DNA of 64,000 bases, from positions 148,879-212,878 of the forward strand of contig CAYGZP010000001.1 of the NCBI GenBank assembly GCA_964354405.1, in the 5' to 3' direction. The position numbers were made by a program, and so were the translations under genes. The notes below the pieces were generated by a model. The model was not told the DNA's origin. It saw only the letters and a program-made list of their open reading frames with translations, and did no database searches. Shown here piece by piece: positions 17,473 through 26,096 of this stretch (positions within the stretch are counted from its first letter, which is position 1; each line of letters starts with the position of its first letter). The DNA is from Candidatus Woesearchaeota archaeon. Its GTDB lineage: Archaea; Nanobdellota; Nanobdellia; Pacearchaeales; UBA284.

Positions 17473-18075
17473 ATGGAAGAAAAGAAAGAACACAAAGAAG
17501 CAAAGGAAGAGAAGAAGGAGCATAAAGAGGAGAAAAAGGAATCAGAAGAAAAGAAAGGAGAAAAGAAAGAAGAGAAGAAAGATTTCAGGAAAGAATTCCG
17601 GCTAGAGAACTTGACAAGAATCATGACTACTGATATTCCTTCTAACATGTCTGTTTATGCCGGATTGACGAAAATCAAAGGAATATCATGGGCGTTGTCC
17701 GGAGCCATAATCAAGAATCTTAACTTGGACAAGAAGAAAAAAGTTTCTGCTCTGAGTGAAAGCGAAATAGAAAAAATAACTAACTTTATCAAAAATCTAT
17801 CATCGAGCAACTTGCCTACATGGCTGTTTAACAGGAGAAAAGACGTTGATTCAGGAAAAGACAAGCATCTGATTGCAACTGAGTTGGATTTGCAGCGCGA
17901 ATTTGACATAAGAAAAATGAAGAAAATTAAATGTTACAAGGGCATCAGACACTCGCTAGGCCAGCCTGTCCGCGGCCAGAGAACCCGCGCGCATTTCAGA
18001 AAGGGCCGTTCAATCGGGGTTACAAGAGCGAAGATGACTCCTGGAAAGCCGGCAAAAGCCGAGGAGAAGAAGTAA
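17473..18075 (+). CDS. rps13: 30S ribosomal protein uS13 with K/E/H-rich N-terminal extension
   Basis: YKGIRH..GQPVRGQRT. Confidence 0.97.
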   Translation: MEEKKEHKEAKEEKKEHKEEKKESEEKKGEKKEEKKDFRKEFRLENLTRIMTTDIPSNMSVYAGLTKIKGISWALSGAIIKNLNLDKKKKVSALSESEIEKITNFIKNLSSSNLPTWLFNRRKDVDSGKDKHLIATELDLQREFDIRKMKKIKCYKGIRHSLGQPVRGQRTRAHFRKGRSIGVTRAKMTPGKPAKAEEKK

Positions 18076-18076
18076 A

Positions 18077-18472
18077 ATGGATGGCGATACAAGATTTACA
18101 GAAAAAGACCCTTCTTTAAATGATTTGAAAAAATGCAAGCAGATGACAGGCCACAAGCATTACAGAAATTATTCTTTTTATTATGTGAAGATTTATCTAG
18201 AAAAAGATAGAAAAGAAACTAGTGACTGGGTGACTAGCGATAATGAATTGCCGCGCTCCAATCTTCTTAATATAATCAATAACGCTCTTTTGGAAGGACG
18301 TTTTATAGAAATGAGAAGAATAACAATGAAAGAGTATGCTCAAAAAGGTGGTGGCGAAGTTCCATATTGCGTAAAATATTGCAAAAGAATAAAAAAAGGC
18401 ACGCCCCTCTGTGTTATTGGATTTGATTCTAAAGGTTATCAATCAGGGAGCAAGTCAGGAGGAAAGAAGTAA
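18077..18472 (+). CDS. Orphan ORF inserted between rps13 and rps4
   Basis: 131-aa ORF exactly filling the gap; CxxxC. Confidence 0.7.
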   Translation: MDGDTRFTEKDPSLNDLKKCKQMTGHKHYRNYSFYYVKIYLEKDRKETSDWVTSDNELPRSNLLNIINNALLEGRFIEMRRITMKEYAQKGGGEVPYCVKYCKRIKKGTPLCVIGFDSKGYQSGSKSGGKK

Positions 18473-18481
18473 TAATATAAA

Positions 18482-19012
18482 ATGGGAGATCCAAAAAGAC
18501 AGCATAAAAAGTTTAATAGGCCAAGACAGCTTTTCTCAAAAACAAGAATTGAGGAAGAAAAAGCCATCACAAAGAATTACGGCTTGAAAAATAGAAGAGA
18601 AATATGGAAAGCTGGAACAGAAATCAACAAAATAAGAAGCCAAGCCAAAGGTTTGATATTGGATCCACAGGCTCAAGAAGCATTTCTCGCAAGATTGAGG
18701 AAAATGGGATTGATTAAAGGACAAATAAGCATTGATGATGTGCTTGCTTTGACAAAAGAAAAATTGCTTGAGAGAAGATTGCAGACTTTTGTATATAAAA
18801 AGGGATTGGCTAAAACAGTTAAGGAGGCAAGACAATTAATTACTCATAGAAAGATAAGGATTGGGGACAAATTTGTCAACATTCCAGGATATATAGTCAA
18901 AACAGATGAGGAAAAATTAATAACGCTCGCGAAAAAAGAAAAAAAGAAGCAAGAAAAACCGGGGTTGCAAGATATTAAGGAAAGTCCAAAGATGGAGGAG
19001 AAGAAACAATAA
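18482..19012 (+). CDS. rps4: 30S ribosomal protein uS4
   Basis: MGDPKR, YGLKN.RE.W, LERRLQT, ARQLITH. Confidence 0.97.
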   Translation: MGDPKRQHKKFNRPRQLFSKTRIEEEKAITKNYGLKNRREIWKAGTEINKIRSQAKGLILDPQAQEAFLARLRKMGLIKGQISIDDVLALTKEKLLERRLQTFVYKKGLAKTVKEARQLITHRKIRIGDKFVNIPGYIVKTDEEKLITLAKKEKKKQEKPGLQDIKESPKMEEKKQ

Positions 19013-19014
19013 AA

Positions 19015-19407
19015 ATGGAAAAGAAACTTGAAGGGACAGGTGTCGCGCACATTTTTGCCACATACAATAATGTTATGGTTCATATAACAGACATGGCGGG
19101 TAATACCATATCGATGGTTTCTGGAGGCGAAGTAACTAAACATGACAGATTGAAAGGAAACCCGACTGTTGCGATGTTTGTAGCGAAGAAATCAGCTGAA
19201 AAAGCAAAAGAATTTGGAATAAGAGCAGTTTATGTGGAAGTTTCAGGCAAAGGAGGAATTCTTTCACCAACACCAGGGCCAGGAGCAAATGCTGCGATAA
19301 AATCGCTCGCGAGAGAAGGTTTAAAAATATTAAACATTACTGACGTTACACCAATGCCACGCGGGGGCCCAAAGCCAAAAGGCGGCAAGAGGGGAAGGAG
19401 AGTTTAA
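19015..19407 (+). CDS. rps11: 30S ribosomal protein uS11
   Basis: PGPGA, DVTP, GGKRGRRV. Confidence 0.97.
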   Translation: MEKKLEGTGVAHIFATYNNVMVHITDMAGNTISMVSGGEVTKHDRLKGNPTVAMFVAKKSAEKAKEFGIRAVYVEVSGKGGILSPTPGPGANAAIKSLAREGLKILNITDVTPMPRGGPKPKGGKRGRRV

Positions 19408-19427
19408 ACAGGCAAAAAACAATCAAA

Positions 19428-20180
19428 ATGAAAATCGAAAAAATCAGCAAGACACAAGACAAGATATGTTTCACAGTTCAAGGAATAAGAAACAGCGTCG
19501 CTAATTCTATAAGAAGAAGTGTCTTAGATGTCCCTGCCTTGGCAATAGATTCTGTTGAGTTTCACAAAAATGACTCAGCATTATATGACGAAGTTCTAGC
19601 TCATAGACTTGGATTAATTCCATTAAATGCGCCGAAGAATTTTACATTAAGAGAAAAATGCAGCTGCAAAGGCAAAGGATGCTTGAAATGCACTGCAGTG
19701 TTCAAGCTCAAAGCAAAAGGCCCAGGTATTGTTTACTCGGGAGATTTGAAAGGCAAGGGTGCAGAAATAGTATACAAAGAAATGCCATTGGTTATCTTAG
19801 CAAAGGATCAGGAGTTAGAGTTTATGGCAGAAGCGATTCTGGGAAAGGGAAAACAACATGCTAAGTTCACTCCCGGGCTGTTATGGTTCAATGTTTATCC
19901 AGTTGTCAAAGAGATAAAACAATCAGAAAATGCAATAAAAGTTTCAGCTGCAGAATTCGACAAGATAAAAAAAGCAGATTTCAAGGCATGTCAGGATTAT
20001 ATCAATGAAAGTGTCGAATCAGAAGGAAAATTCTTGAAAATTGAGACAGACCCAGAAAACTTCATATTTTACATAGAGAGTTTCGGTCAATTGACTCCTG
20101 AAGATATTTTCAACGAAGCAATACAAGTATTAAATGAAAATTTAGATGAATCAGCGAAAGCAGTAAAAAAGGAAAAATAA
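19428..20180 (+). CDS. rpoD: RNA polymerase subunit Rpo3 (D)
   Basis: ANSIRR, NDSALYDEVLAHRLGLIPL, HAKF. Confidence 0.97.
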   Translation: MKIEKISKTQDKICFTVQGIRNSVANSIRRSVLDVPALAIDSVEFHKNDSALYDEVLAHRLGLIPLNAPKNFTLREKCSCKGKGCLKCTAVFKLKAKGPGIVYSGDLKGKGAEIVYKEMPLVILAKDQELEFMAEAILGKGKQHAKFTPGLLWFNVYPVVKEIKQSENAIKVSAAEFDKIKKADFKACQDYINESVESEGKFLKIETDPENFIFYIESFGQLTPEDIFNEAIQVLNENLDESAKAVKKEK

Positions 20181-20266
20181 TTCTCAAAATCCCAAGTCAA
20201 AATTAAAATTTAAATAGAGTTTAAATAAAGTTTAAATATTCACAAGCCCTTCGACACCCGCAACAA

Positions 20267-20350
20267 GCGGGAGTGCCGGAGTGGTCAAACGGGCATGGCT
20301 AAGGACCATGTGGCTTAGTGCCTACGCAGGTTCGATCCCTGTCTCCCGCA
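20267..20350 (+). tRNA. tRNA-Leu, anticodon AAG (A34)
   Basis: Cloverleaf with long variable arm and discriminator A; anticodon arm CATGG-CTAAGGA-CCATG; anticodon at 20301-20303. Confidence 0.9.
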
Positions 20351-20408
20351 CTAACATCAAAAGATAAAGAAAATAAAACAATAAAAACAAGATAAACAAA
20401 TAAACAAA

Positions 20409-20786
20409 ATGGTTTCAAAAACACAATTGGACAAGAGAAAGCAGAGAAAAACCAACGTGGAGACTGTTGCTTTAGTCAACTTTCTAAAGAAACAGAAGGC
20501 TCCATTATGGAAAACCCTTGCAACTCTTATAACAAGGCCTAGGAGAAAAGCAATCGCAGTTAATATAGAAAAAATCAACAAGCTCACTAACGGTGGCGAG
20601 ATAGCCATAGTTCCTGGAAAAATATTAAGCAAGGGCGAGCTGACTCATGAAACAGCGATAATCGCCTTGAGGTTCTCGGAACAGGCAAGAAAGAAACTCG
20701 CGAAAAAAGCAAACTTGATGACAATAAATGAGTTTATCAAAAAACAGAAAGATTTCAAGAATATCCCGATTAAAATAATCACTTAA
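20409..20786 (+). CDS. rpl18e: 50S ribosomal protein eL18
   Basis: AVNIEKI, IVPGKILSKG; synteny. Confidence 0.93.
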   Translation: MVSKTQLDKRKQRKTNVETVALVNFLKKQKAPLWKTLATLITRPRRKAIAVNIEKINKLTNGGEIAIVPGKILSKGELTHETAIIALRFSEQARKKLAKKANLMTINEFIKKQKDFKNIPIKIIT

Positions 20787-20807
20787 GAAAAAATAAAAAA
20801 CAGAAAA

Positions 20808-21266
20808 ATGGAAAAGCAAGTTAAACAAGAAAACTCAGAAAAGAAACAGGAAAATGAAACAGAAGAAATTGTTATAGACGCTGCAGATTCGGTCTTGGGG
20901 AGAATGGCAAGTTATGCTGCTAAACAACTGATTTATGGCAAGCATGTAGTCATAATAAACAGCGAAAAAGCAAAGATAATCGGCCAGCCTCGCGTTACCA
21001 TGGAAGATTTTCTTGCAAAGTCAAAATTGGGCAAGGGCGCTCAGAAAGGTCCGCTCATCTCAAAGCGGCCGGCAGACATAATGAGAAGGGCAGTCCGCGG
21101 GATGTTAGAAAGGAGAAGATCTCAAGGAAGAGCTGCGTTCAAGAGACTAAGATGTTATGAAGGCGTTCCTTTAGGATATAAAAACAAGGAAAAGATAAGT
21201 ATAGAGAAAAAACAAGCGATTAAATTCGTTACATTAGAGCAATTAAGCAAACATTTGGGCAGATAA
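20808..21266 (+). CDS. rpl13: 50S ribosomal protein uL13
   Basis: IDA..VLGRMAS, RRAVRGML. Confidence 0.95.
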   Translation: MEKQVKQENSEKKQENETEEIVIDAADSVLGRMASYAAKQLIYGKHVVIINSEKAKIIGQPRVTMEDFLAKSKLGKGAQKGPLISKRPADIMRRAVRGMLERRRSQGRAAFKRLRCYEGVPLGYKNKEKISIEKKQAIKFVTLEQLSKHLGR

Positions 21267-21309
21267 ATCAAATTATAAACAAGAAACACAAAAAAAACAA
21301 AAACTAAAA

Positions 21310-21744
21310 ATGGCAAAGAAAAAATTTGATGCAGGAAGGAAGATTATTGTAGTCAGCGGAACAAGAAAAACCAGCAAAGCCTGCGCAACAATCCAGGAAG
21401 GCACAGGAAGAATCTTGATAAACAAGAGACCCATAGAGACCTTCAGCAATTTTCACAGACTTGCCTTAATCGAGCCTTTAGTCATAGCAGAAGATATCTT
21501 AAAAGAAAAATTAAAACAGCAGGATGTCAGTGTTACGATAAGGGGCGGCGGAGTTGAATCACAGATTGAGGCTGCAAGACTCGCGCTTGCTCGAGCTTTA
21601 GTGGCATTCAACAAAAGCTCCGAGCTTAGAAACGCGTTCCTCAAATATGACAGAATGTTGCTTGTCGCCGACACCCGAAGAAAAGAGCAAAGAAAACCAA
21701 ATGATTCAAAAGCAAGAGCTGCAAGACAAAAATCATATAGATAA
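21310..21744 (+). CDS. rps9: 30S ribosomal protein uS9
   Basis: GGG..SQ, YDRMLLVAD.R, QKSYR. Confidence 0.97.
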   Translation: MAKKKFDAGRKIIVVSGTRKTSKACATIQEGTGRILINKRPIETFSNFHRLALIEPLVIAEDILKEKLKQQDVSVTIRGGGVESQIEAARLALARALVAFNKSSELRNAFLKYDRMLLVADTRRKEQRKPNDSKARAARQKSYR

Positions 21745-21880
21745 TTGCAATTAATCACACATAACTTTAATAAGCCATTTCTCCTTTTCTTAAAAAATTC
21801 TTTGATTTTTTACTTTACATTCATAAATCTAAATATAAAAAATTGAAAGGAGGTAAAATATAAATAACAAAAAAAGCAAA

Positions 21881-22921
21881 ATGAAAGAATCTATTGAAAA
21901 AAGACTTATTGAGCACAGAAAAACAAACATCGATTCTCAAGAGTTAGCCGCAGTAGCGTCAGTAGAGTCAGAAATAAGCAAAGGATTCCTTTCTTATGGC
22001 ATTTATAACAATTTTAAGTTAATAGATACCCCGCCCTTTACAGATGCAACAGGAGCATGCGAAAATTTTTTAACAGTATTTGATGTAGAATACTTTGGAA
22101 GGCCAGCTTATCTATCACAAACGGGCCAACTCTATCTTGAAGCTTTCTTGCCAAAATTTGAGAAAACTTGCTGTATAGGGCCGAGTTTTAGAAAAGAGGA
22201 TGTAGTTGATAATAGGCATGCAGTTGCCTTCACCTTACTTGAAATAGAAGTTGCAAAATGTGACCTTGAGAGTTTGCAAGAGCATATCGAAGGAATTTTT
22301 AGTTATATGCTCGAGTCAGTTTCTCGAAGTTGCAAAGAAGAGCTTTCAATGTTGGGGGTAGAGAAAGGATGGCTTGAAACTTTTAGGCCGCCCTATCAAA
22401 TAATAACTTATGAAGAAGCAATTAAAAAACTCGGGTTAAATTGGGGCGACGATTTGAAAGACAAGCATGAAAAAGAACTAGTGAAAATATACAACAATAA
22501 GCCGTTGTTTGTTACGCACTATCCTCAAGAGATCAAGTTCTTTAATATGCGAGTTAACAGACAAAATCCAAAAGTGGTTAATAGCATGGACTTACTGTTG
22601 CCTTATAGCGGTGAAGCAATCGGGGCAGCAGAAAGAGAAGAAGATTATCAAAGACTTACAAAAAGACTTGAAGAGTCTAAAATGCTGGAACTGATGGTAG
22701 AAATAATGAAAAAAGATGTGCATAACAAAGACAAAAGCGACGGAGAACTGAAAGAAAAAGCAATAATAAAATTTGACTGGTACATTGATTTAATTAAAAG
22801 ATATCCTGTAAAACATGCTGGCTGTGGCATGGGTAAGAACAGAATCACACAAGCATTTTTGGCTTCAAATGACATTAGAGCGTCGACAACTTATCCTCTA
22901 AATAAGGAAAGCTTGATGTAA
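21881..22921 (+). CDS. Archaeal asparagine synthetase (AsnRS catalytic-domain paralog lacking the anticodon domain)
   Basis: TGACE, YLSQTGQLYLE, SFRKE..RH, GAAERE, HAGCGMG..R; no N-terminal OB fold. Confidence 0.8.
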   Translation: MKESIEKRLIEHRKTNIDSQELAAVASVESEISKGFLSYGIYNNFKLIDTPPFTDATGACENFLTVFDVEYFGRPAYLSQTGQLYLEAFLPKFEKTCCIGPSFRKEDVVDNRHAVAFTLLEIEVAKCDLESLQEHIEGIFSYMLESVSRSCKEELSMLGVEKGWLETFRPPYQIITYEEAIKKLGLNWGDDLKDKHEKELVKIYNNKPLFVTHYPQEIKFFNMRVNRQNPKVVNSMDLLLPYSGEAIGAAEREEDYQRLTKRLEESKMLELMVEIMKKDVHNKDKSDGELKEKAIIKFDWYIDLIKRYPVKHAGCGMGKNRITQAFLASNDIRASTTYPLNKESLM

Positions 22922-22999
22922 AAAGGTAAAAAGCAAATCCAAAAGCGCATGGCAAAGCTTTTAAATAGGCTTTATTATTTCATTTTATTGTTTTAGAAA

Positions 23000-23197
23000 A
23001 TGATAATTCCAATTAGATGTTTCAGTTGCGGCAAACCCATAGCACATTTATGGGAGAAATTTAAAGCTCTAGTACAGAAGGGCGAAGACCCCAAGAAAGT
23101 TTTAGATGAATTGGGCTTGGAGAGATATTGCTGCCGCGCAGTCTTCTTAGGCCATGTAGATTTGTTAGAAATCACAAGCAAGTTCAAGAAATATTAA
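23000..23197 (+). CDS. rpoN: RNA polymerase subunit Rpo10 (N)
   Basis: MIIPIRCFSCGK...RYCCR. Confidence 0.98.
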   Translation: MIIPIRCFSCGKPIAHLWEKFKALVQKGEDPKKVLDELGLERYCCRAVFLGHVDLLEITSKFKKY

Positions 23198-23481
23198 GAA
23201 AGTTTGATTCTCATATAACTATTGCATTCCAAGCACTTTATTGTTTTTTTGCCCTTGCTTATTCTTATCCTGCAGTTTTTCCCAGGGATAAAAAGCAAAT
23301 TGCAATGGTGGCAGAAAAACCTTCTGTATTTCTTCAGCGAAATGTTGTTTCTCTTTGCCAATTTTCTCGCATTCGCCACATATTTTTTTGATAATGCTGA
23401 GTTTGTCTTGGCAGAATTATTAGCAGACTTGAATAACTCATCAATTTCTTTCACAATTTTCTTGTCCGGAATTTTTCTCAT
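23194..23481 (-). CDS. rnp4: RNase P protein Rpp21
   Basis: RRFFCHHC..IPG.NCRIR..KCLEC zinc ribbon. Confidence 0.88.
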   Translation of the reverse strand: MRKIPDKKIVKEIDELFKSANNSAKTNSALSKKYVANARKLAKRNNISLKKYRRFFCHHCNLLFIPGKNCRIRISKGKKTIKCLECNSYMRIKLS

Positions 23482-23499
23482 TTTTCAGAAATAGCATTA

Positions 23500-23617
<118 letters not shown>

Positions 23618-23665
23618 ATAACAAATAAAGGGATATTTTTAAACCTTTTTGTTAGTCGTTAAAAC

Positions 23666-23680
23666 GAAAAATTTATATAA
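23666..23680 (+). promoter_or_regulatory. BRE/TATA promoter of the structured RNA
   Basis: CGAAAAATTTATATAA about 22 bp upstream of the terminal stem. Confidence 0.7.
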
Positions 23681-23700
23681 GTTATCGACTATATTCAAGT

Positions 23701-23804
23701 AGAGGAAAAGCGAGGATAGTCTAGGATTTACAGTTTAGCACTTCGGTGCTTGCTGACGGTCTTCTTCGGGAGATCATCTAGATCCTTTTCGCTTTTCTTA
23801 CTCT
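23701..23804 (+). ncRNA. Unannotated structured ncRNA with bulge-helix-bulge motif and two cUUCGg hairpins
   Basis: Terminal stem GAAAAGCG/CGCTTTTC, BHB, three-way junction, own promoter, pyrimidine-rich 3' end, no ORF. Confidence 0.75.
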
Positions 23805-23853
23805 TTAAACTTCTAAAAAAATTTATAAGCAATAATTATGTTTATTATCTTAA

Positions 23854-23937
23854 GCGGGAGTGCCGGAGTGGTCAAACGGGCATGGCTCAAGACCATGTGG
23901 CTTAGTGCCTACCAAGGTTCGATCCCTTGCTCCCGCA
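23854..23937 (+). tRNA. tRNA-Leu, anticodon CAA
   Basis: Cloverleaf; anticodon arm CATGG-CTCAAGA-CCATG. Confidence 0.95.
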
Positions 23938-23954
23938 TGGTTATAAAACAAAAA

Positions 23955-24392
23955 ATGTCAGATAAAAACTCAAAATATCTTGTAGATACATCAGTCATAG
24001 CTCAAAGAAAGCTAGTAAGACTCTTCAGAAAAAAACTTTCGGGAGAAATTCTAATTCCAAATGCAGTGATTGCTGAACTTGAGAATCTTGCGAATAGGGG
24101 TAATGATGCGGGTTTTCATGGCTTGGAAGAAGTCGCAAAGCTCCATCATCTGAAGCCCCAAGTTAAGATAAAATTTATTGGCTTAAGGCCAACCGGACAT
24201 CAGATAAGATATGCGAAATCAGGCGAGATAGATGCTTTAATCCGCGAGCTTGCATATAAAAATCACGCTACTCTTATCACAGCAGATTTAGTTCAGGCTA
24301 AATCAGCTTTAGCATATAACCTTAAGGTTTTTTTCGTGAAAACCAAGCAAAAGAATAAAAAGAAAAGATTCTTTATTTTTAAACACAAATGA
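23955..24392 (+). CDS. Stand-alone PIN-domain protein (similar to the N-terminus of archaeal PIN-ATPases)
   Basis: [28 protein letters not shown]; true start at 23955. Confidence 0.85.
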   Translation: MSDKNSKYLVDTSVIAQRKLVRLFRKKLSGEILIPNAVIAELENLANRGNDAGFHGLEEVAKLHHLKPQVKIKFIGLRPTGHQIRYAKSGEIDALIRELAYKNHATLITADLVQAKSALAYNLKVFFVKTKQKNKKKRFFIFKHK

Positions 24393-24997
24393 TTCCAACT
24401 AAAGTTTTCTTCACAAAGGGCGTAGGCAAGGACAAAGAGCAGCTTAAGTCTTTTGAGATTGCATTAAGAGAAGCAGGAATAGAAAAATTCAACCTGGTTA
24501 ATGTCTCTTCAATTTTACCTCCAAAATGTAGAATCATCCCTAAAAATCAGGGGCTGCAATTCTTGAAACCTGGCGAAGTGGTTTTTTGTGTTATGGCAAG
24601 AAATGCCACAAACGAGCCAAATAGATTAATCTCATCAGCTATAGGCTGTGCTGTTCCTGCTGATGAAAACGTTTATGGATACTTAAGTGAACATCACGAT
24701 TTTGGATTGACTGACGATAAGTCAGAAGATTATGCAGAAGACCTTGCTGCAACAATGTTAGCCTCAACTCTCGGTGTAGAATTTAATCCTGACTTGAGCT
24801 ACGACGAAAAAAAAGAGATATGGAAAATTTCAGACAAAATTGTCAAGACAACAGCCCTTGCCCAGTCAGCTATAGGCGATAAAAATGGATTATGGACAAG
24901 TACAATAGTTGCAGCAGTTTTCATTTGCGAAGATGAAAACAATGGAAAGAATTCTCAAGAAGACTCAAGTAATCCAAACAATATCATAAAAGTTTAA
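24389..24997 (+). CDS. pdaD: Pyruvoyl-dependent arginine decarboxylase
   Basis: SFE.ALR.AGI..NLV.VSSILP, GYLSEHH. Confidence 0.93.
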   Translation: MIPTKVFFTKGVGKDKEQLKSFEIALREAGIEKFNLVNVSSILPPKCRIIPKNQGLQFLKPGEVVFCVMARNATNEPNRLISSAIGCAVPADENVYGYLSEHHDFGLTDDKSEDYAEDLAATMLASTLGVEFNPDLSYDEKKEIWKISDKIVKTTALAQSAIGDKNGLWTSTIVAAVFICEDENNGKNSQEDSSNPNNIIKV

Positions 24998-25010
24998 AGG
25001 ATGAAACAAA

Positions 25011-25919
25011 ATGCCAATCAATGCATCTCCCGAGTACTTTCGCGCACAAGGCGAGTATCTCGCGGCTAAGACAAAAGAAGACAAGATTAAAACCTTAGAA
25101 AGATTGATTATGCTCGCGCCAAAGCATAAAGGTTCTGAGAACTTGTTAGCAAACCTAAAATCCAAGCTTTCAAAACTGAAGAAAGAAGTAGAGACTGAGA
25201 AAAAAAGGAAAAAGCATCGAGCATCATCAATAGCTCTTGTCAAAAAAACAGCTGATGCTTTTGTTGTTCTTGTAGGCTTGGCTAATTCAGGAAAAAGTTC
25301 TTTGCTCGCAGCCCTGACAAACGCCACTCCAAGAATCTCTCCATTTCCTTTTACAACAATCAAACCAGAGCAAGGGGTGTTTGATTATCAAGGCTGTAAA
25401 ATTCAAGTTGTTGATTTGCCTTCATTGCATAGCGATGTCAAGTTAGATTCCGAGACTCTAGGAATTGTCAGAATCTCAGATTTGATTGTCATTATAGTTA
25501 CAAGTAACGGAGAAATCGAGGCTATTTTACAGGAGTTGAAAGACACTAAGATTACACTGCCAACACTAATTGTCCACAACAAATCAGATATAATCCAGAA
25601 AGTCCCTTCTAAATCCGAGTTGTCTGTTTCAGCCAAGACAAAACAGAATATCCAAGAGCTTAAGGAAAAAATTTTCACAAAATTAAAGATAATCCGAGTT
25701 TTCACAAAAGAGCCTGGCAAGAAACAAGCTCAAATCCCAATAATTCTTAAACAAAGCGCGACAATCCGTGATTTAACCTCAAATATCCATAAAAGTTTTC
25801 TTGAAAAATTTAATTATTCTCTTGTATGGGGCAAAAGCGCGAAATTCAAAGGACAGCGATGCGGCCTTGATCACAAATTGCAAGATGGCGACATCGTAGA
25901 AATCTATTTAAGAAAGTAA
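25011..25919 (+). CDS. DRG/OBG-family GTPase with TGS domain
   Basis: PKHKGSE, GLANSGKS, PFTT, NKSD, WGKSAKF.GQ. Confidence 0.9.
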   Translation: MPINASPEYFRAQGEYLAAKTKEDKIKTLERLIMLAPKHKGSENLLANLKSKLSKLKKEVETEKKRKKHRASSIALVKKTADAFVVLVGLANSGKSSLLAALTNATPRISPFPFTTIKPEQGVFDYQGCKIQVVDLPSLHSDVKLDSETLGIVRISDLIVIIVTSNGEIEAILQELKDTKITLPTLIVHNKSDIIQKVPSKSELSVSAKTKQNIQELKEKIFTKLKIIRVFTKEPGKKQAQIPIILKQSATIRDLTSNIHKSFLEKFNYSLVWGKSAKFKGQRCGLDHKLQDGDIVEIYLRK

Positions 25920-25935
25920 ATTCTTTAATTGATAG

Positions 25936-26083
25936 GCTCCTGTAGCTCAGCTAGATAGAGCAACGCTCTCCTAAGCAATCTTTTGCGAAAAGATTGCATC
26001 AAAAGAATCTTTTTAGAAAAAAGATTCAATCAAAAAGAAACGGAGATAGGCGAAGGTCGCAGGTGCAAATCCTGCCAGGAGCG
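25936..26083 (+). tRNA. tRNA-Arg(CCT) with 74-nt intron at 37/38 (intron 25974-26047)
   Basis: Acceptor GCTCCTG/CAGGAGC; BHB central helix CTCC/GGAG with bulges TAA and ATA. Confidence 0.9.
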
Positions 26084-26096
26084 TTTATGTTTTAAA

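Noticed and set aside
20256..20271. CCCGC-AACAA-GCGGG hairpin or tRNA 3'-end remnant before tRNA-Leu(AAG)
   Set aside because: Only a 5-6 bp match, too short to support an att site or regulatory structure
23701..23804. Structured RNA as a hammerhead ribozyme, RNase P RNA, SRP RNA or permuted tRNA
   Set aside because: CTGA is not followed by the NGA...GAAA core; no P4 partner for GAGGAA; no SRP helix-8 motif; no T or D arms, and the ligated loop would have C33/U37
23838..23954. N-terminal extension of the PIN ORF
   Set aside because: Reads through tRNA-Leu(CAA); the real start is 23955
25983..26096. N-terminal extension of the mpg ORF
   Set aside because: Overlaps the tRNA-Arg intron and 3' exon; the real start is 26097
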